From Smithella sp. (lineage in GTDB: Bacteria > Desulfobacterota > Syntrophia > Syntrophales > Smithellaceae), in assembly GCA_035382085.1 (NCBI GenBank), contig DAOSZO010000005.1, forward strand, positions 1 through 61,676: 61,676 nucleotides of DNA. The letters run 5' to 3'. The notes under the pieces were generated by a model. It searched no databases. It saw only the letters and a list, made by a program, of their open reading frames with translations, and was not told where the DNA came from. A program made the position numbers and the translations under genes. Shown piece by piece: positions 38,421 to 47,744 of this stretch; position 1 is the first letter of the stretch, and each line of letters begins with the position of its first letter.

Positions 38421-38981
38421 ATGTCCAAAAGTAAAATCCTGACGCTCTGGACTCCGGAGGGTCGAAATGATGATGATATTCCGGTCTTGAGGAAAAAATC
38501 CACGGAAGTCAAAGTGCCCTATGACAAGGAAACGATTGAAATTATTAAAACCCTGGTGGAATCCTTTCTGGAAAGAGACGACGCGGTGGGACTTTCCGCC
38601 CCGCAGATCGGCATCAATAGACGGGTGATTGTCTTTCGCAATAAAGGGTTTGACCAGGAACCGAAGAAAAGGAATAAAAATGACTTTGAGGTTTTGGTGA
38701 ATCCGCGCATCACGCAATCGCGCGGCGAACTGGTGACCATGGCGGAAGGCTGTCTCTCCTGCCCCGACATTCAGGTGGATGTCGCCCGTTTCCCTGAAAT
38801 CAAAGTGCGGGCTTTTGACGCCACGCAAGAAAAGGTGAACAAACGGTATTTGGATTTTGTCGCCCGCATCATTCAGCATGAAATTGACCATCTGGACGGC
38901 AAGCTGATTGTTGATTATGAGGGCAGTATGTATTATCCTAAAGAAAAGCAGCAATTTTTTGAAAAACTTTTCAAGGCTTAA
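38421..38981 (+). CDS. def: Peptide deformylase
   Basis: GLSAPQIG, EGCLS and QHEIDHLDG motifs. Confidence 0.95.
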   Translation: MSKSKILTLWTPEGRNDDDIPVLRKKSTEVKVPYDKETIEIIKTLVESFLERDDAVGLSAPQIGINRRVIVFRNKGFDQEPKKRNKNDFEVLVNPRITQSRGELVTMAEGCLSCPDIQVDVARFPEIKVRAFDATQEKVNKRYLDFVARIIQHEIDHLDGKLIVDYEGSMYYPKEKQQFFEKLFKA

Positions 38982-39099
38982 TCAACAAAAAAAGATTTCG
39001 TCTTGAAATCCAGAATGAGTTGTAGTAGTTGTGGCCCGTAATTGCGCCCGGACTGACGAAGGTTTCCGCTGATTCATTTTCCCCCGGAGAAGAATTTTC

Positions 39100-39433
39100 A
39101 TGCTGAAGATCCGATGTTCCCGGTGCGACAAATCATTTTTCTGGACGGATGATACGGCTCCGGAGGGCAAATGCCCGACCGCGGATTGTTCGTGGTGCTA
39201 CAATGTTCATGTCGCGTTCCATGAAAATATCGCTCAAAGGGAGGAAAGTTAACGGCCGCAGCGCCTGCGTTGCCCTTTTTGTGAGACGATAATATCCTGC
39301 AGACCGACCGTCTGTTCGGGTTGCGGACGCGTCGTTTTCTGGAACAGATCCATCCGCGAGGTTCATTTTTTTTGCGGCTGTCTGCATGATGCTTTTGTTT
39401 TTATCGGTGATCATTAAACATCAGGTTGAATGA
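39100..39433 (+). pseudogene. Disrupted zinc-ribbon/TM protein gene translationally coupled to gcvT
   Basis: ATG 39100 after GGAG gives MLKIRCSRC...KCPTADC...*(TAA 39250-39252). It continues in frame with CPFC...CSGC, then a T8 run (39366-39373) whose one-base shortening restores a TM tail (FFAAVCMMLLFLSVII) ending at TGA 39431-39433, which overlaps the gcvT ATG. Confidence 0.65.
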
Positions 39434-40527
39434 AGTTGAAACGCACCCCCTTGTACGAAAAGCACGTCGGTCTCAAAGCCAAAATCATTGATTTCGGCGG
39501 TTGGGCGATGCCCGTTCAATACACCAATGTCATGGATGAACACCGGACGACCAGGAGCGCGGCGGGTCTTTTTGATATCTGCCACATGGGGGAAATTGAG
39601 GTCAAGGGGCCGCAGGCGCTGAATCTTCTGCAGCTGGTTTTGACCAGAAATCTGGCCGAGCAGACAACCGGACAGGTGAAACTGTCCGCCCTGCTCAATG
39701 AAGAAGGCGGGATCATTGATGATTTGACCGTTTACAAAATGGAGGAAGACTCCTACATGCTGGTGACCAACGCCACTCCCAAGGACAGGGACTGGGGCTG
39801 GATAAAATCGATTCAGGAACAGCGGGAATTCAACTGTGTTCTTCAGGATGTCAGCGAACAAACGGGAAAACTGGATTTGCAGGGGCCGCGCTCCGAGGAA
39901 ATTCTGCAGAAGTTTGCTGCGGCCGACTTGAAAAACTTGAAATTTTATCACTTCTGCAAAACGCATGTCGCGGGATTTGAGGCGATAGTTTCCCGCAGTG
40001 GTTACACCGGCGAAGACGGTTTTGAAATTTATGTTCGCTGCAACGTTGTCGGTCTTTTGTGGGACAAGCTGTTGTCCGCCGGCGCGGCTTTCGGTCTGAA
40101 ACCCTGCGGTTTGGGCGCACGCGATACCTTGCGCCTCGAGGCGGGCATGATGCTCAACGGCCAGGACATGGACGAGACCGTGAGCCCCCTGGAAGTGCCG
40201 TACGGATGGATTGTGGATGAACAAAAGGAGTTTATCGGAAAGGCCGCGCTGATGGCGAAGAAGAAATCGGGCATTACGAGAAAACTGGTGGGCATCGAGG
40301 TGACCGGACGCGGCATTGCCCGCCACGGCTACAAGATTTTTAAGAACGAAAGAGAAGTCGGCGTCATCACCTCCGGCACATTTTCCCCGACGCTCAACAA
40401 GGCCATCGCCATGGGCTTTGTGGATATCGTCTGCAGCGCCCCCGGTACGCCGCTGGAAATTGCCATACGAGAAAGCATGGCCGAGGCAAAAGTCGTTGAA
40501 CTGCCTTTTTATAAAAGATTAAAATGA
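39430..40527 (+). CDS. gcvT: Glycine cleavage aminomethyltransferase T
   Basis: LKRTPL, FGGWAMPVQY, GLFDICHMG, SRSGYTGEDGFE, GLGARDTLRLEAG and TSGTFSP motifs. Confidence 0.97.
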   Translation: MKLKRTPLYEKHVGLKAKIIDFGGWAMPVQYTNVMDEHRTTRSAAGLFDICHMGEIEVKGPQALNLLQLVLTRNLAEQTTGQVKLSALLNEEGGIIDDLTVYKMEEDSYMLVTNATPKDRDWGWIKSIQEQREFNCVLQDVSEQTGKLDLQGPRSEEILQKFAAADLKNLKFYHFCKTHVAGFEAIVSRSGYTGEDGFEIYVRCNVVGLLWDKLLSAGAAFGLKPCGLGARDTLRLEAGMMLNGQDMDETVSPLEVPYGWIVDEQKEFIGKAALMAKKKSGITRKLVGIEVTGRGIARHGYKIFKNEREVGVITSGTFSPTLNKAIAMGFVDIVCSAPGTPLEIAIRESMAEAKVVELPFYKRLK

Positions 40528-40544
40528 CATAAAAGGAGGGCTCT

Positions 40545-40943
40545 ATGGCCAAACCAAATCCGCAGGACAGGTATTATTCCCGTGACCATGAATGGCTGAT
40601 TTACTACAGCGACGGCACCGCCTTGATCGGCATCACCGATTACGCGCAGGAAATGCTGACGGATATCGTGTTTGTCGACCTGCCGGAAATTGGCCGAAGA
40701 GTTGTTCAGCATGCCACCGTGGCCGTCATCGAATCGGTCAAATCCGTTTCCGATGTTTTTGCTCCGGTCAGCGGCGAAGTCATTGAGGTGAATTCGCGTC
40801 TGGAAGATTCTCCGGAGTTGATCAATCAGGATGCCTTTGGCGAAGGCTGGATTGTAAAAATGATCGTGGAAGATCCCGAAGAACTCAACATGCTGCTTAC
40901 CGCCGCGGATTACGAAGAAATGCTCAATGAGGAAAAAGAGTAA
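40545..40943 (+). CDS. gcvH: Glycine cleavage H protein
   Basis: HEW, GITDYAQ, ESVK (lipoyl Lys) and INQDAFGEGW motifs. Confidence 0.96.
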   Translation: MAKPNPQDRYYSRDHEWLIYYSDGTALIGITDYAQEMLTDIVFVDLPEIGRRVVQHATVAVIESVKSVSDVFAPVSGEVIEVNSRLEDSPELINQDAFGEGWIVKMIVEDPEELNMLLTAADYEEMLNEEKE

Positions 40944-40959
40944 AGAAAGAAAATAAACC

Positions 40960-42285
40960 ATGGATTACTGCCCGCACACGCCTGATGAGATTCAACAAAT
41001 GAAAGCGGCCGTCGGCATCAGGGATTTGGAAGAACTTTTTGCCGACATTCCCGAAAAATTCAAATTAAAAAAAATGCTCGACCTGCCGCACGCCTTGTCG
41101 GAACAGCAGACGCTTTCTCTGATGCGGGAGATCGCCGGGAAAAACCAATTGCCGCGGATGACCCTGACCGGCGCGGGCGCTTATCATCATTACATTCCCG
41201 CGGTGGTCGGCCACATCGTGGGCCGCGCGGAATTTTATACGGCCTACACGCCGTATCAGGCCGAAATGAGCCAGGGCATTCTGCAGGCAATCTATGAGTA
41301 TCAGACCATGATTGCCCGTCTCACCGGCACGGAAATCGCCAACGCTTCCATGTATGACGGCGCTTCCGCGATGGCCGAGGCCGCGATGCTTTGCGCGAAA
41401 ATGTCCAACAAGACCGAAATGATCGTCGCCCGTTCTGTGCATCCCGAATACAGACAGGTATTAAAAACATATTCGTGGGCGAACGGCTATGCCGTTGTTG
41501 AAATTCCCTATTCGCCGTCAGGGAGGGTTGATCTGAAAACTTTGGAAACCGAGCTGGATCGGCAGGTGGCTGCCGTTGTGGTTCAGAGCCCCAATTTTTT
41601 CGGCGTCATCGAGGATATTGCGTCCATCGCCGATATGGTCCATCAGAAGGGGGCGCTGCTTGTCGCCGGTTTTACGGAAGGCACAAGTCTGGGTATTTTG
41701 AAGCCTGCAGGTGCCCAGGGTGCGGATTTTGTCGTGGGAGAGGGGCAGAGTTTCGGCAATCCCCTGAATTACGGAGGCCCCTATCTGGGCATTTTTGCCG
41801 CCAAGGAAAAATTCATGCGCCGGATACCGGGAAGGCTCGTCGGCGCGACGGTGGATAAAAATGGCCGGCGCGGATTCGTGCTGACCCTGCAAACGCGCGA
41901 GCAGCACATCCGCCGGGAAAAAGCCACATCAAACATTTGTTCCAACGAAGCGCTTTGCGCGCTGGCGGCGGGCGTTTACCTGGCCGCGCTGGGCAAGAAT
42001 CTTAGAAAACTTGCCGAGCTCAATATCCTGAAAGCGCGGTATTTAAAGAAACAGCTGCTGGGAATTCCGGGGTGGAAAGAAGTTTTTTCCGCGCCGGTCT
42101 ATAATGAATTTGTTTTGCGTTGTCCCGATTCCCAAAAGGTGAATGAAAAACTCAAAAGTGAAGGCATCATCGGCGGTTACGAACTGCGGAAAGATTATCC
42201 CGAACTGGAAAACACATTGCTCTTATGTGCTACGGAAATGATGTCCAGGGAAGACATCGATAACGTAGCGGCAATGTTGAAGTAG
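40960..42285 (+). CDS. gcvPA: Glycine dehydrogenase subunit 1
   Basis: GAGAYHH, YTPYQAEMSQG, NASMYDG, GGPYLG and REQHIRREKATSNIC motifs. Confidence 0.97.
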   Translation: MDYCPHTPDEIQQMKAAVGIRDLEELFADIPEKFKLKKMLDLPHALSEQQTLSLMREIAGKNQLPRMTLTGAGAYHHYIPAVVGHIVGRAEFYTAYTPYQAEMSQGILQAIYEYQTMIARLTGTEIANASMYDGASAMAEAAMLCAKMSNKTEMIVARSVHPEYRQVLKTYSWANGYAVVEIPYSPSGRVDLKTLETELDRQVAAVVVQSPNFFGVIEDIASIADMVHQKGALLVAGFTEGTSLGILKPAGAQGADFVVGEGQSFGNPLNYGGPYLGIFAAKEKFMRRIPGRLVGATVDKNGRRGFVLTLQTREQHIRREKATSNICSNEALCALAAGVYLAALGKNLRKLAELNILKARYLKKQLLGIPGWKEVFSAPVYNEFVLRCPDSQKVNEKLKSEGIIGGYELRKDYPELENTLLLCATEMMSREDIDNVAAMLK

Positions 42286-42300
42286 AAAAAATTTAAATCC

Positions 42301-42377
42301 TCATGCCGGTGAAGGCTGGTATCCAGGCCGATAACATTCATGGATTGTCTTGCGGAGTTCCGCCTGTGCGGGAATGA
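42301..42377. repeat. Inverted pair of degenerate GTCATTCCCGCGAAGGCGGGAATCCA-type (dRS3/REP-like) repeats
   Basis: TCATGCCGGTGAAGGCTGGTATCCAG (42301-42326) and GGAGTTCCGCCTGTGCGGGAATGA (42354-42377), in opposite orientation. Confidence 0.6.
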
Positions 42378-42390
42378 AAAAGAGGTTGAC

Positions 42391-43833
42391 ATGAAATTGA
42401 TATTTGAAATCAGCAGGCCCGGACGCGCCGCCGCGGATGTTCCCGCCAGCGATGTTCCGGAGGAGAATATTGAAACCCTGATCGGCGGCGAGTATCTACG
42501 CGACGATTTGGATTTGCCCGAGGTTGCCGAAATTGATCTGGTGCGCCACTACACCAATCTGTCGCGGCGCAATTTCGGCGTGGACCTGGGTTTTTATCCT
42601 CTTGGCTCCTGCACGATGAAATACAATCCCAAGGTCAACGAAAACGTCGCCGCGATGTCCGGTTTCACCGGCTTGCATCCGTATGCCGGCGCGGAATTTT
42701 CCCGGGGCAATCTGCAGCTGATTTATGAAATGCAGCGATATCTGTGCGTGATTTTCGGCATGGCCGAGTTCACGCTTCAGCCCGCCGCGGGCGCGCACGG
42801 CGAACTGACCGGCGTCATGATGATCAAGAAATATTTTGAAAAGAAAAGCGAAAAACGCAGGATCATCCTGATTCCGGATGCCGCTCACGGCACCAATCCG
42901 GCTTCCAGCGCGCTTTGCGGATTTGAAGTCCGGGAACTGAAGTCCAACGGGGAAGGCGGCGTGGATATCGCGCATCTCAAGGAACTGATGACGGAAGATG
43001 TCGCGGCCCTGATGCTGACCAATCCCAACACCCTGGGACTTTTTGAACGCAACATCGAAAAGGTGGCGGCGATCGTTCACGGCAGGGGCGGTCTGCTTTA
43101 CGGCGACGGCGCCAATGCCAATGCTTTTTTGGGCAAGGTCAGACCCGGAGATCTGGGATTTGATGTGATTCAGCTCAATCTGCACAAAACCTTTTCCACG
43201 CCGCACGGCGGCGGCGGTCCGGGCAGCGGGCCGGTAGGCGTGAGTAAGGCGCTGATTGATTTTCTGCCCGTGCCCCGTCTTGTCCGGGCGGGCGAACAAT
43301 ATCAGTGGTCAGAAGATTTTCCCGACAGCATCGGGCGCGTCCGCGCTTTTTACGGGAATTTCAACGTGATTGTGAAGGCCTATACCTACATCCGTTCGCT
43401 GGGTGCCGAGGGCTTGAAGCGGGCGACGGAAATGGCAGTGCTCAACGCCAATTACATCAAGGAAAAACTCAAGCCTTACTTTGAACTGCCCTACAACCGC
43501 ATCTGCATGCACGAGTGCGTGTTTTCCGGGAAGAAGCAGGTGGCCGAAAGCGGCGTGCACACGACGGACATCGCCAAGAAACTGATTGATTACGGCTATC
43601 ATCCGCCGACGATTTATTTTCCGCTGATTGTGCCGGAGGCCATCATGATTGAACCGACGGAAACGGAGAGCAAGGAAACGCTGGATGCATTTTGCGATGC
43701 CATGATTGCCATCGCCAAGGAAGCCAAGGAAAATCCAGAGGGTGTGAAGAAGGCGCCGGTGACAACACCGGTGGGCCGCCTCGATGAAGTGCTGGCGGCC
43801 CGCAAACCGGATGTTTGCTGGAAGAAATCATAA
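42391..43833 (+). CDS. gcvPB: Glycine dehydrogenase subunit 2
   Basis: [46 protein letters not shown] (PLP Lys) and EPTETE. Start set at MKLIFE after GAGG. Confidence 0.97.
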   Translation: MKLIFEISRPGRAAADVPASDVPEENIETLIGGEYLRDDLDLPEVAEIDLVRHYTNLSRRNFGVDLGFYPLGSCTMKYNPKVNENVAAMSGFTGLHPYAGAEFSRGNLQLIYEMQRYLCVIFGMAEFTLQPAAGAHGELTGVMMIKKYFEKKSEKRRIILIPDAAHGTNPASSALCGFEVRELKSNGEGGVDIAHLKELMTEDVAALMLTNPNTLGLFERNIEKVAAIVHGRGGLLYGDGANANAFLGKVRPGDLGFDVIQLNLHKTFSTPHGGGGPGSGPVGVSKALIDFLPVPRLVRAGEQYQWSEDFPDSIGRVRAFYGNFNVIVKAYTYIRSLGAEGLKRATEMAVLNANYIKEKLKPYFELPYNRICMHECVFSGKKQVAESGVHTTDIAKKLIDYGYHPPTIYFPLIVPEAIMIEPTETESKETLDAFCDAMIAIAKEAKENPEGVKKAPVTTPVGRLDEVLAARKPDVCWKKS

Positions 43834-43840
43834 CGATGTT

Positions 43841-43865
43841 TCATTTCCGCGAAGGCGGTAATCCA
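43841..43865. repeat. Single copy of the same dRS3/REP-like repeat after gcvPB
   Basis: TCATTTCCGCGAAGGCGGTAATCCA. Confidence 0.6.
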
Positions 43866-43884
43866 AGTTTTCCCCAATGCGTTT

Positions 43885-44775
43885 ATGAATTCAAGCGTGT
43901 ATAAACATGAAAAATTGCAACTCCTCCGCAAGCCCGATTGGTTAAAAGTCCGGCCTCCCTTTTCCCCGGAGTGCCGCAGGATAAAATCGACCCTTTCTCG
44001 TTTTCAACTGCACACCGTTTGTCAGGAAGCGGCCTGTCCCAATATGGCCGAGTGTTTCACCTCCGGGACGGCGACCTTTCTGATTCTGGGCAACATCTGC
44101 ACGAGGAACTGCCTTTACTGCAATGTCGCGCACGGCAAGCCGGATCCGGTTGACAAAAATGAAATCAGTCGCTTGATGGAAGCTGTGCGCAGAATGAAAC
44201 TGGAATACGTGGTCATTACCTCGGTCACCCGCGACGATTTGCCCGACGGCGGCGCGCGGGTCTTTTCGGATTGCATCCAAAGGTTGCGCCAAGAAAATCC
44301 TTTCTGCAAGGTGGAAGTTTTGATTCCCGATTTTCAGGGCAATCCGGCGGCGCTGGAGAAGGTCATTTCGGCGCGGCCTGATGTCATCAATCACAACATG
44401 GAAGTGGTCAAACCGATGTTCGCCAGATTGCGCCCGCGGGGCAGTTATGATGTTTCCCTCCATCTTCTCAAAAAAGTCAGCTCATCTTCCGTGGTTTCCA
44501 AAAGCGGGTTTATGATCGGTTTCGGAGAGAGCCGCGACGATATTCTGCAACTGATAGATGATCTGGCAGCGGTTTCCTGCGCGCGCCTAACCATCGGGCA
44601 GTATCAACAGCCGACACTGAAGCACTGGCCGGTGGCGAAGTATTATCACCCGGAAGAGTTTGCCGAGTTCAGGGAAATCGCCTATCAGAAAGGCTTTCAA
44701 TATGTGGAAGCCGGACCGCTCGTGCGCAGTTCGTATCACGCGGCAGAGGCCGGGAAGAGAAAATGCTTTGGGTGA
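43885..44775 (+). CDS. lipA: Lipoyl synthase
   Basis: CQEAACPNMAEC, CTRNCLYC and RSSYHA motifs. Confidence 0.97.
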   Translation: MNSSVYKHEKLQLLRKPDWLKVRPPFSPECRRIKSTLSRFQLHTVCQEAACPNMAECFTSGTATFLILGNICTRNCLYCNVAHGKPDPVDKNEISRLMEAVRRMKLEYVVITSVTRDDLPDGGARVFSDCIQRLRQENPFCKVEVLIPDFQGNPAALEKVISARPDVINHNMEVVKPMFARLRPRGSYDVSLHLLKKVSSSSVVSKSGFMIGFGESRDDILQLIDDLAAVSCARLTIGQYQQPTLKHWPVAKYYHPEEFAEFREIAYQKGFQYVEAGPLVRSSYHAAEAGKRKCFG

Positions 44776-44919
44776 CAGATCAAGAATTGAGAAAACAAAT
44801 CTACCATCTGTTATTCTTAAAGTGTCGTTTAAAAAAGTGGCAACGGGAAAGAAGAACGCCGATATCTCAAGACCTAAACAGGGTTGCTCTGTATTTGTTT
44901 CTATGGAGAAAAAATCGAT

Positions 44920-45945
44920 ATGCATACAAACCATAATCCATCGGTCAGTGTGGTAATACCGGCTTATCAAGCGGAAAAATGGCTTCCCACGCTCCTCGAA
45001 GGACTTGATCGGCAGACCTTTAAGGATTTTGAGGTCATCTTCGTCAATGACGGTTCTACCGATAATACCGGAGTTATTCTTGAAAATTATGCTGCATCGC
45101 GGCGAAGGGTGCGCGTCATCCATCAAGTTAACAAAGGGGTAGGAGCTGCGCGAAATACGGGAATTGAAGCGGCAAAGGGCGAATATGTCGTCTTTATCGA
45201 CGCCGATGATGCCATATCGGAGTCTCATCTCGATGATTTGTTTTCTCTGGCGACCTCTTTGAATCTGGAAGTGGCGATGTGCAATGGCTGGCGTTTCCGT
45301 GAAGTACCGGGAGACGATCCAGATGCAAGGTGGATTACCAAACCGTTTCCGGAAAAAAAAGCAATGTCCGGTGTGGAGTGGTTTGAATTGACGTTGAATA
45401 TGCAAGAATGGTGGGGGTGTCCTTGGATGGCAATGATCCGAATGGATTTTCTTCGCCGGCATTCAATCGGGTTTGCGGAAAAGATGGCCTACGAAGATAA
45501 TTTGTGGAATGTCATGGTACAGACAAAAGCCAAACGAGTCGCTTATACGTCCAAGCAAAGTTATTATTACCGCTGGACGCCCAATTCTATCTTAAACGAC
45601 CCATCCATGTCCCAAAAGCTATGGAGGATCGAATCCTGTATGGCTTTGATTGAAAAAATTTGGCAGCTGGCTGATTCTGAAACATCGCCCACGGCGGTTC
45701 TCTTGAAGAGGCTGGCGGCGAATAAGGGGCGGACGCTTCTGGCGTATGTGGCCGAACTCGGTTCTTTCGACAAGCGAATTGCTGTATCCTGCGAGCTTCA
45801 GAAAAGGGGTTTTCTTGCCCGCATGTCTCGCGATGTAGAGACGGTTTGGTACAGAAAACGCATTTTAAGGGCTTATGGGTTCGCGTTTCTTGGGATGTTG
45901 CGCGATTTCCTGACAGTTAGGGAAATAAAAGAGGATTCCACTTAA
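44920..45945 (+). CDS. Family 2 glycosyltransferase
   Basis: SVVIPAY, VNDGSTD, NKGVGAARN, FIDADD, YEDNLW and YYYRW motifs. Confidence 0.92.
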   Translation: MHTNHNPSVSVVIPAYQAEKWLPTLLEGLDRQTFKDFEVIFVNDGSTDNTGVILENYAASRRRVRVIHQVNKGVGAARNTGIEAAKGEYVVFIDADDAISESHLDDLFSLATSLNLEVAMCNGWRFREVPGDDPDARWITKPFPEKKAMSGVEWFELTLNMQEWWGCPWMAMIRMDFLRRHSIGFAEKMAYEDNLWNVMVQTKAKRVAYTSKQSYYYRWTPNSILNDPSMSQKLWRIESCMALIEKIWQLADSETSPTAVLLKRLAANKGRTLLAYVAELGSFDKRIAVSCELQKRGFLARMSRDVETVWYRKRILRAYGFAFLGMLRDFLTVREIKEDST

Positions 45946-45998
45946 TGAAAAAAATGGGGATTTCGTTTATATGACGGCGCGAAAAAAGAGGTTTCTTG

Positions 45999-47357
45999 AT
46001 GTCCGAAAAATATGATTTGATTATCATCGGCGGCGGGCCGGGGGGGCTGGCGACGGGCGAGTTTGCCGCAACCCGGGGGAAAAGGGTTCTGGTTATCGAA
46101 AAAGATGGCTGGGGCGGAACATGCACGCACAAGGGTTGTATCCCGACCAAGGCCCTGCTAACGTGTAGCAAGTATTACACGGATTTGAAAAAGCTCAAAA
46201 GGATGGGAATCCAGATTGCTGATGCATCCGTTGATTTTGCCGCCATCAAAAAACATCAACAGCAGATCGTAAAAGTATCCGCTCTTGGCGCGCAGAAGAT
46301 GCTCACCGATGCCGGAGCGGAAATCAAACAGGGCATCGGCGAAATCCTTTCGCCATCTGAAGTCCGTTTCACCGATGCATCAGGAAAAAGCGAAACACTA
46401 TCTGCTGAAAATATCATGATTGCCTGGGGCTCGGTGCCGCAGGTCCTTCCGGGAATTAATCTATCGGAACGTGTTTTAACATCTGACGGCATTTTGAATT
46501 TAAATACGCTTCCTGAAAGCATCATCATCGTTGGAGGAAGCGTCATCGGTGTGGAATTCGCCACCTTCTTCGCAGAGCTGGGCGCGAAAACCACCATCGT
46601 GGAAATCCTGGACAGGATTATTCCGCTGGAAGATCAGGAATGCGCTGATTTGGTCAAGCAGGAATTGGCCCGTCTGGGTGTTGCCATTCACACCTCGACA
46701 CAGTTGGAGAACCTGAAAGATACGGGAAGTTCGGTTCAGGTGACCGCGCGTAAAGACGGAAAGCCGCTGGAGATGAACGCCGATTACGTTCTTCTCTGCA
46801 CGGGCAGAAAACCTTTGCTCCATACAGAAGAGTTGGACGGGCTGGGAATTGAATATGCCCCGTCGGGAATCGCTGTGGATGTCAATATGATGACGAATGT
46901 CGCGGGCCTTTACGCGGTGGGCGATGTGACCGGCGGCATGATGCTGGCGCATCGGGCAATGTATCAGGCAAGGTTCGCCGCCGGACGAATCTGCGGCGTA
47001 GATGATTTGACATACAATGAAAACTTCATTCCTTCCGTTGTTTACAGCCATCCGCAGATCGCACGCGTGGGTTATACGCAGAAACGAGCGGAAGAAGAGA
47101 ATCTGGCAGTCGAAGTGGTCAAATCGCTCTACAGCGCCAACATCATTGCGAGAGCGGAGTTGATGGGGCAGGGTTTCGTCAAGGCCGTCTTTCATCAGGA
47201 TAAACTTATCGGCGCGACGATTATCGGAGAAGATGCCGCGGAACTGATTGCGCCGCTGACTTTGGCCGTATCCAATGAATTGACCAAAAAGCAATTGCGT
47301 TCATGGGTGCTTCCGCATCCGACGCTCAGCGAAGTCTTTGCTCCGCTTACGGTTTGA
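45999..47357 (+). CDS. lpdA: Dihydrolipoamide dehydrogenase
   Basis: GGGPGG, GGTCTHKGCIPTK redox disulfide, GGSVIGVEF, YAVGDV and HPTLSE motifs. Confidence 0.95.
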   Translation: MSEKYDLIIIGGGPGGLATGEFAATRGKRVLVIEKDGWGGTCTHKGCIPTKALLTCSKYYTDLKKLKRMGIQIADASVDFAAIKKHQQQIVKVSALGAQKMLTDAGAEIKQGIGEILSPSEVRFTDASGKSETLSAENIMIAWGSVPQVLPGINLSERVLTSDGILNLNTLPESIIIVGGSVIGVEFATFFAELGAKTTIVEILDRIIPLEDQECADLVKQELARLGVAIHTSTQLENLKDTGSSVQVTARKDGKPLEMNADYVLLCTGRKPLLHTEELDGLGIEYAPSGIAVDVNMMTNVAGLYAVGDVTGGMMLAHRAMYQARFAAGRICGVDDLTYNENFIPSVVYSHPQIARVGYTQKRAEEENLAVEVVKSLYSANIIARAELMGQGFVKAVFHQDKLIGATIIGEDAAELIAPLTLAVSNELTKKQLRSWVLPHPTLSEVFAPLTV

Positions 47358-47371
47358 GAAAGGGGTATTTT

Positions 47372-47722
47372 ATGAAATTGATGAATTATCAATCCGTTTT
47401 GCCGACGCATTTTGACAATGAAACGGCCAGAGGTGTTGCCGGCCGGGTTGTTGTCGGAAAGACTGATGGAGCGAATAACTTTTGCATGCGGATTTTTGAG
47501 ATTGATCCGGGAGGTTATACGCCGAAGCACGCTCATCCCTGGGAACATGAAATGTTTGTTCATTCAGGAACGGGGGAAATTTACGGCAATGGTCAGTGGA
47601 ATCCTGTCGGACCTGGAAGCGTCATTTTTATGCCGCCCGACGAAGAACATCAGGTGAGAAATACCGGAAAAGCGCTTTTGGTTCTGGCCTGTCTTGTGCC
47701 TGCCGTCGCTCCGGAATTGTGA
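47372..47722 (+). CDS. Cupin-domain protein
   Basis: GGYTPKHAHPWEHEMFV and PPDEEHQVRN cupin metal motifs. Confidence 0.88.
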   Translation: MKLMNYQSVLPTHFDNETARGVAGRVVVGKTDGANNFCMRIFEIDPGGYTPKHAHPWEHEMFVHSGTGEIYGNGQWNPVGPGSVIFMPPDEEHQVRNTGKALLVLACLVPAVAPEL

Positions 47723-47744
47723 CGGCGCGGCAAAAGGGAAGGCT

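Noticed and set aside
39014-39040. Tiny ORF MSCSSCGP* / GTAGTAGTT run resembling a leader peptide
   Set aside because: No RBS, no associated terminator/antiterminator, and the Val-reading frame has no start codon.
38982-39429. Glycine riboswitch upstream of gcvT
   Set aside because: No GGAGA...GCCGAAG...CUCUCAGG aptamer pattern is present, and the region is explained by a broken zinc-ribbon gene.
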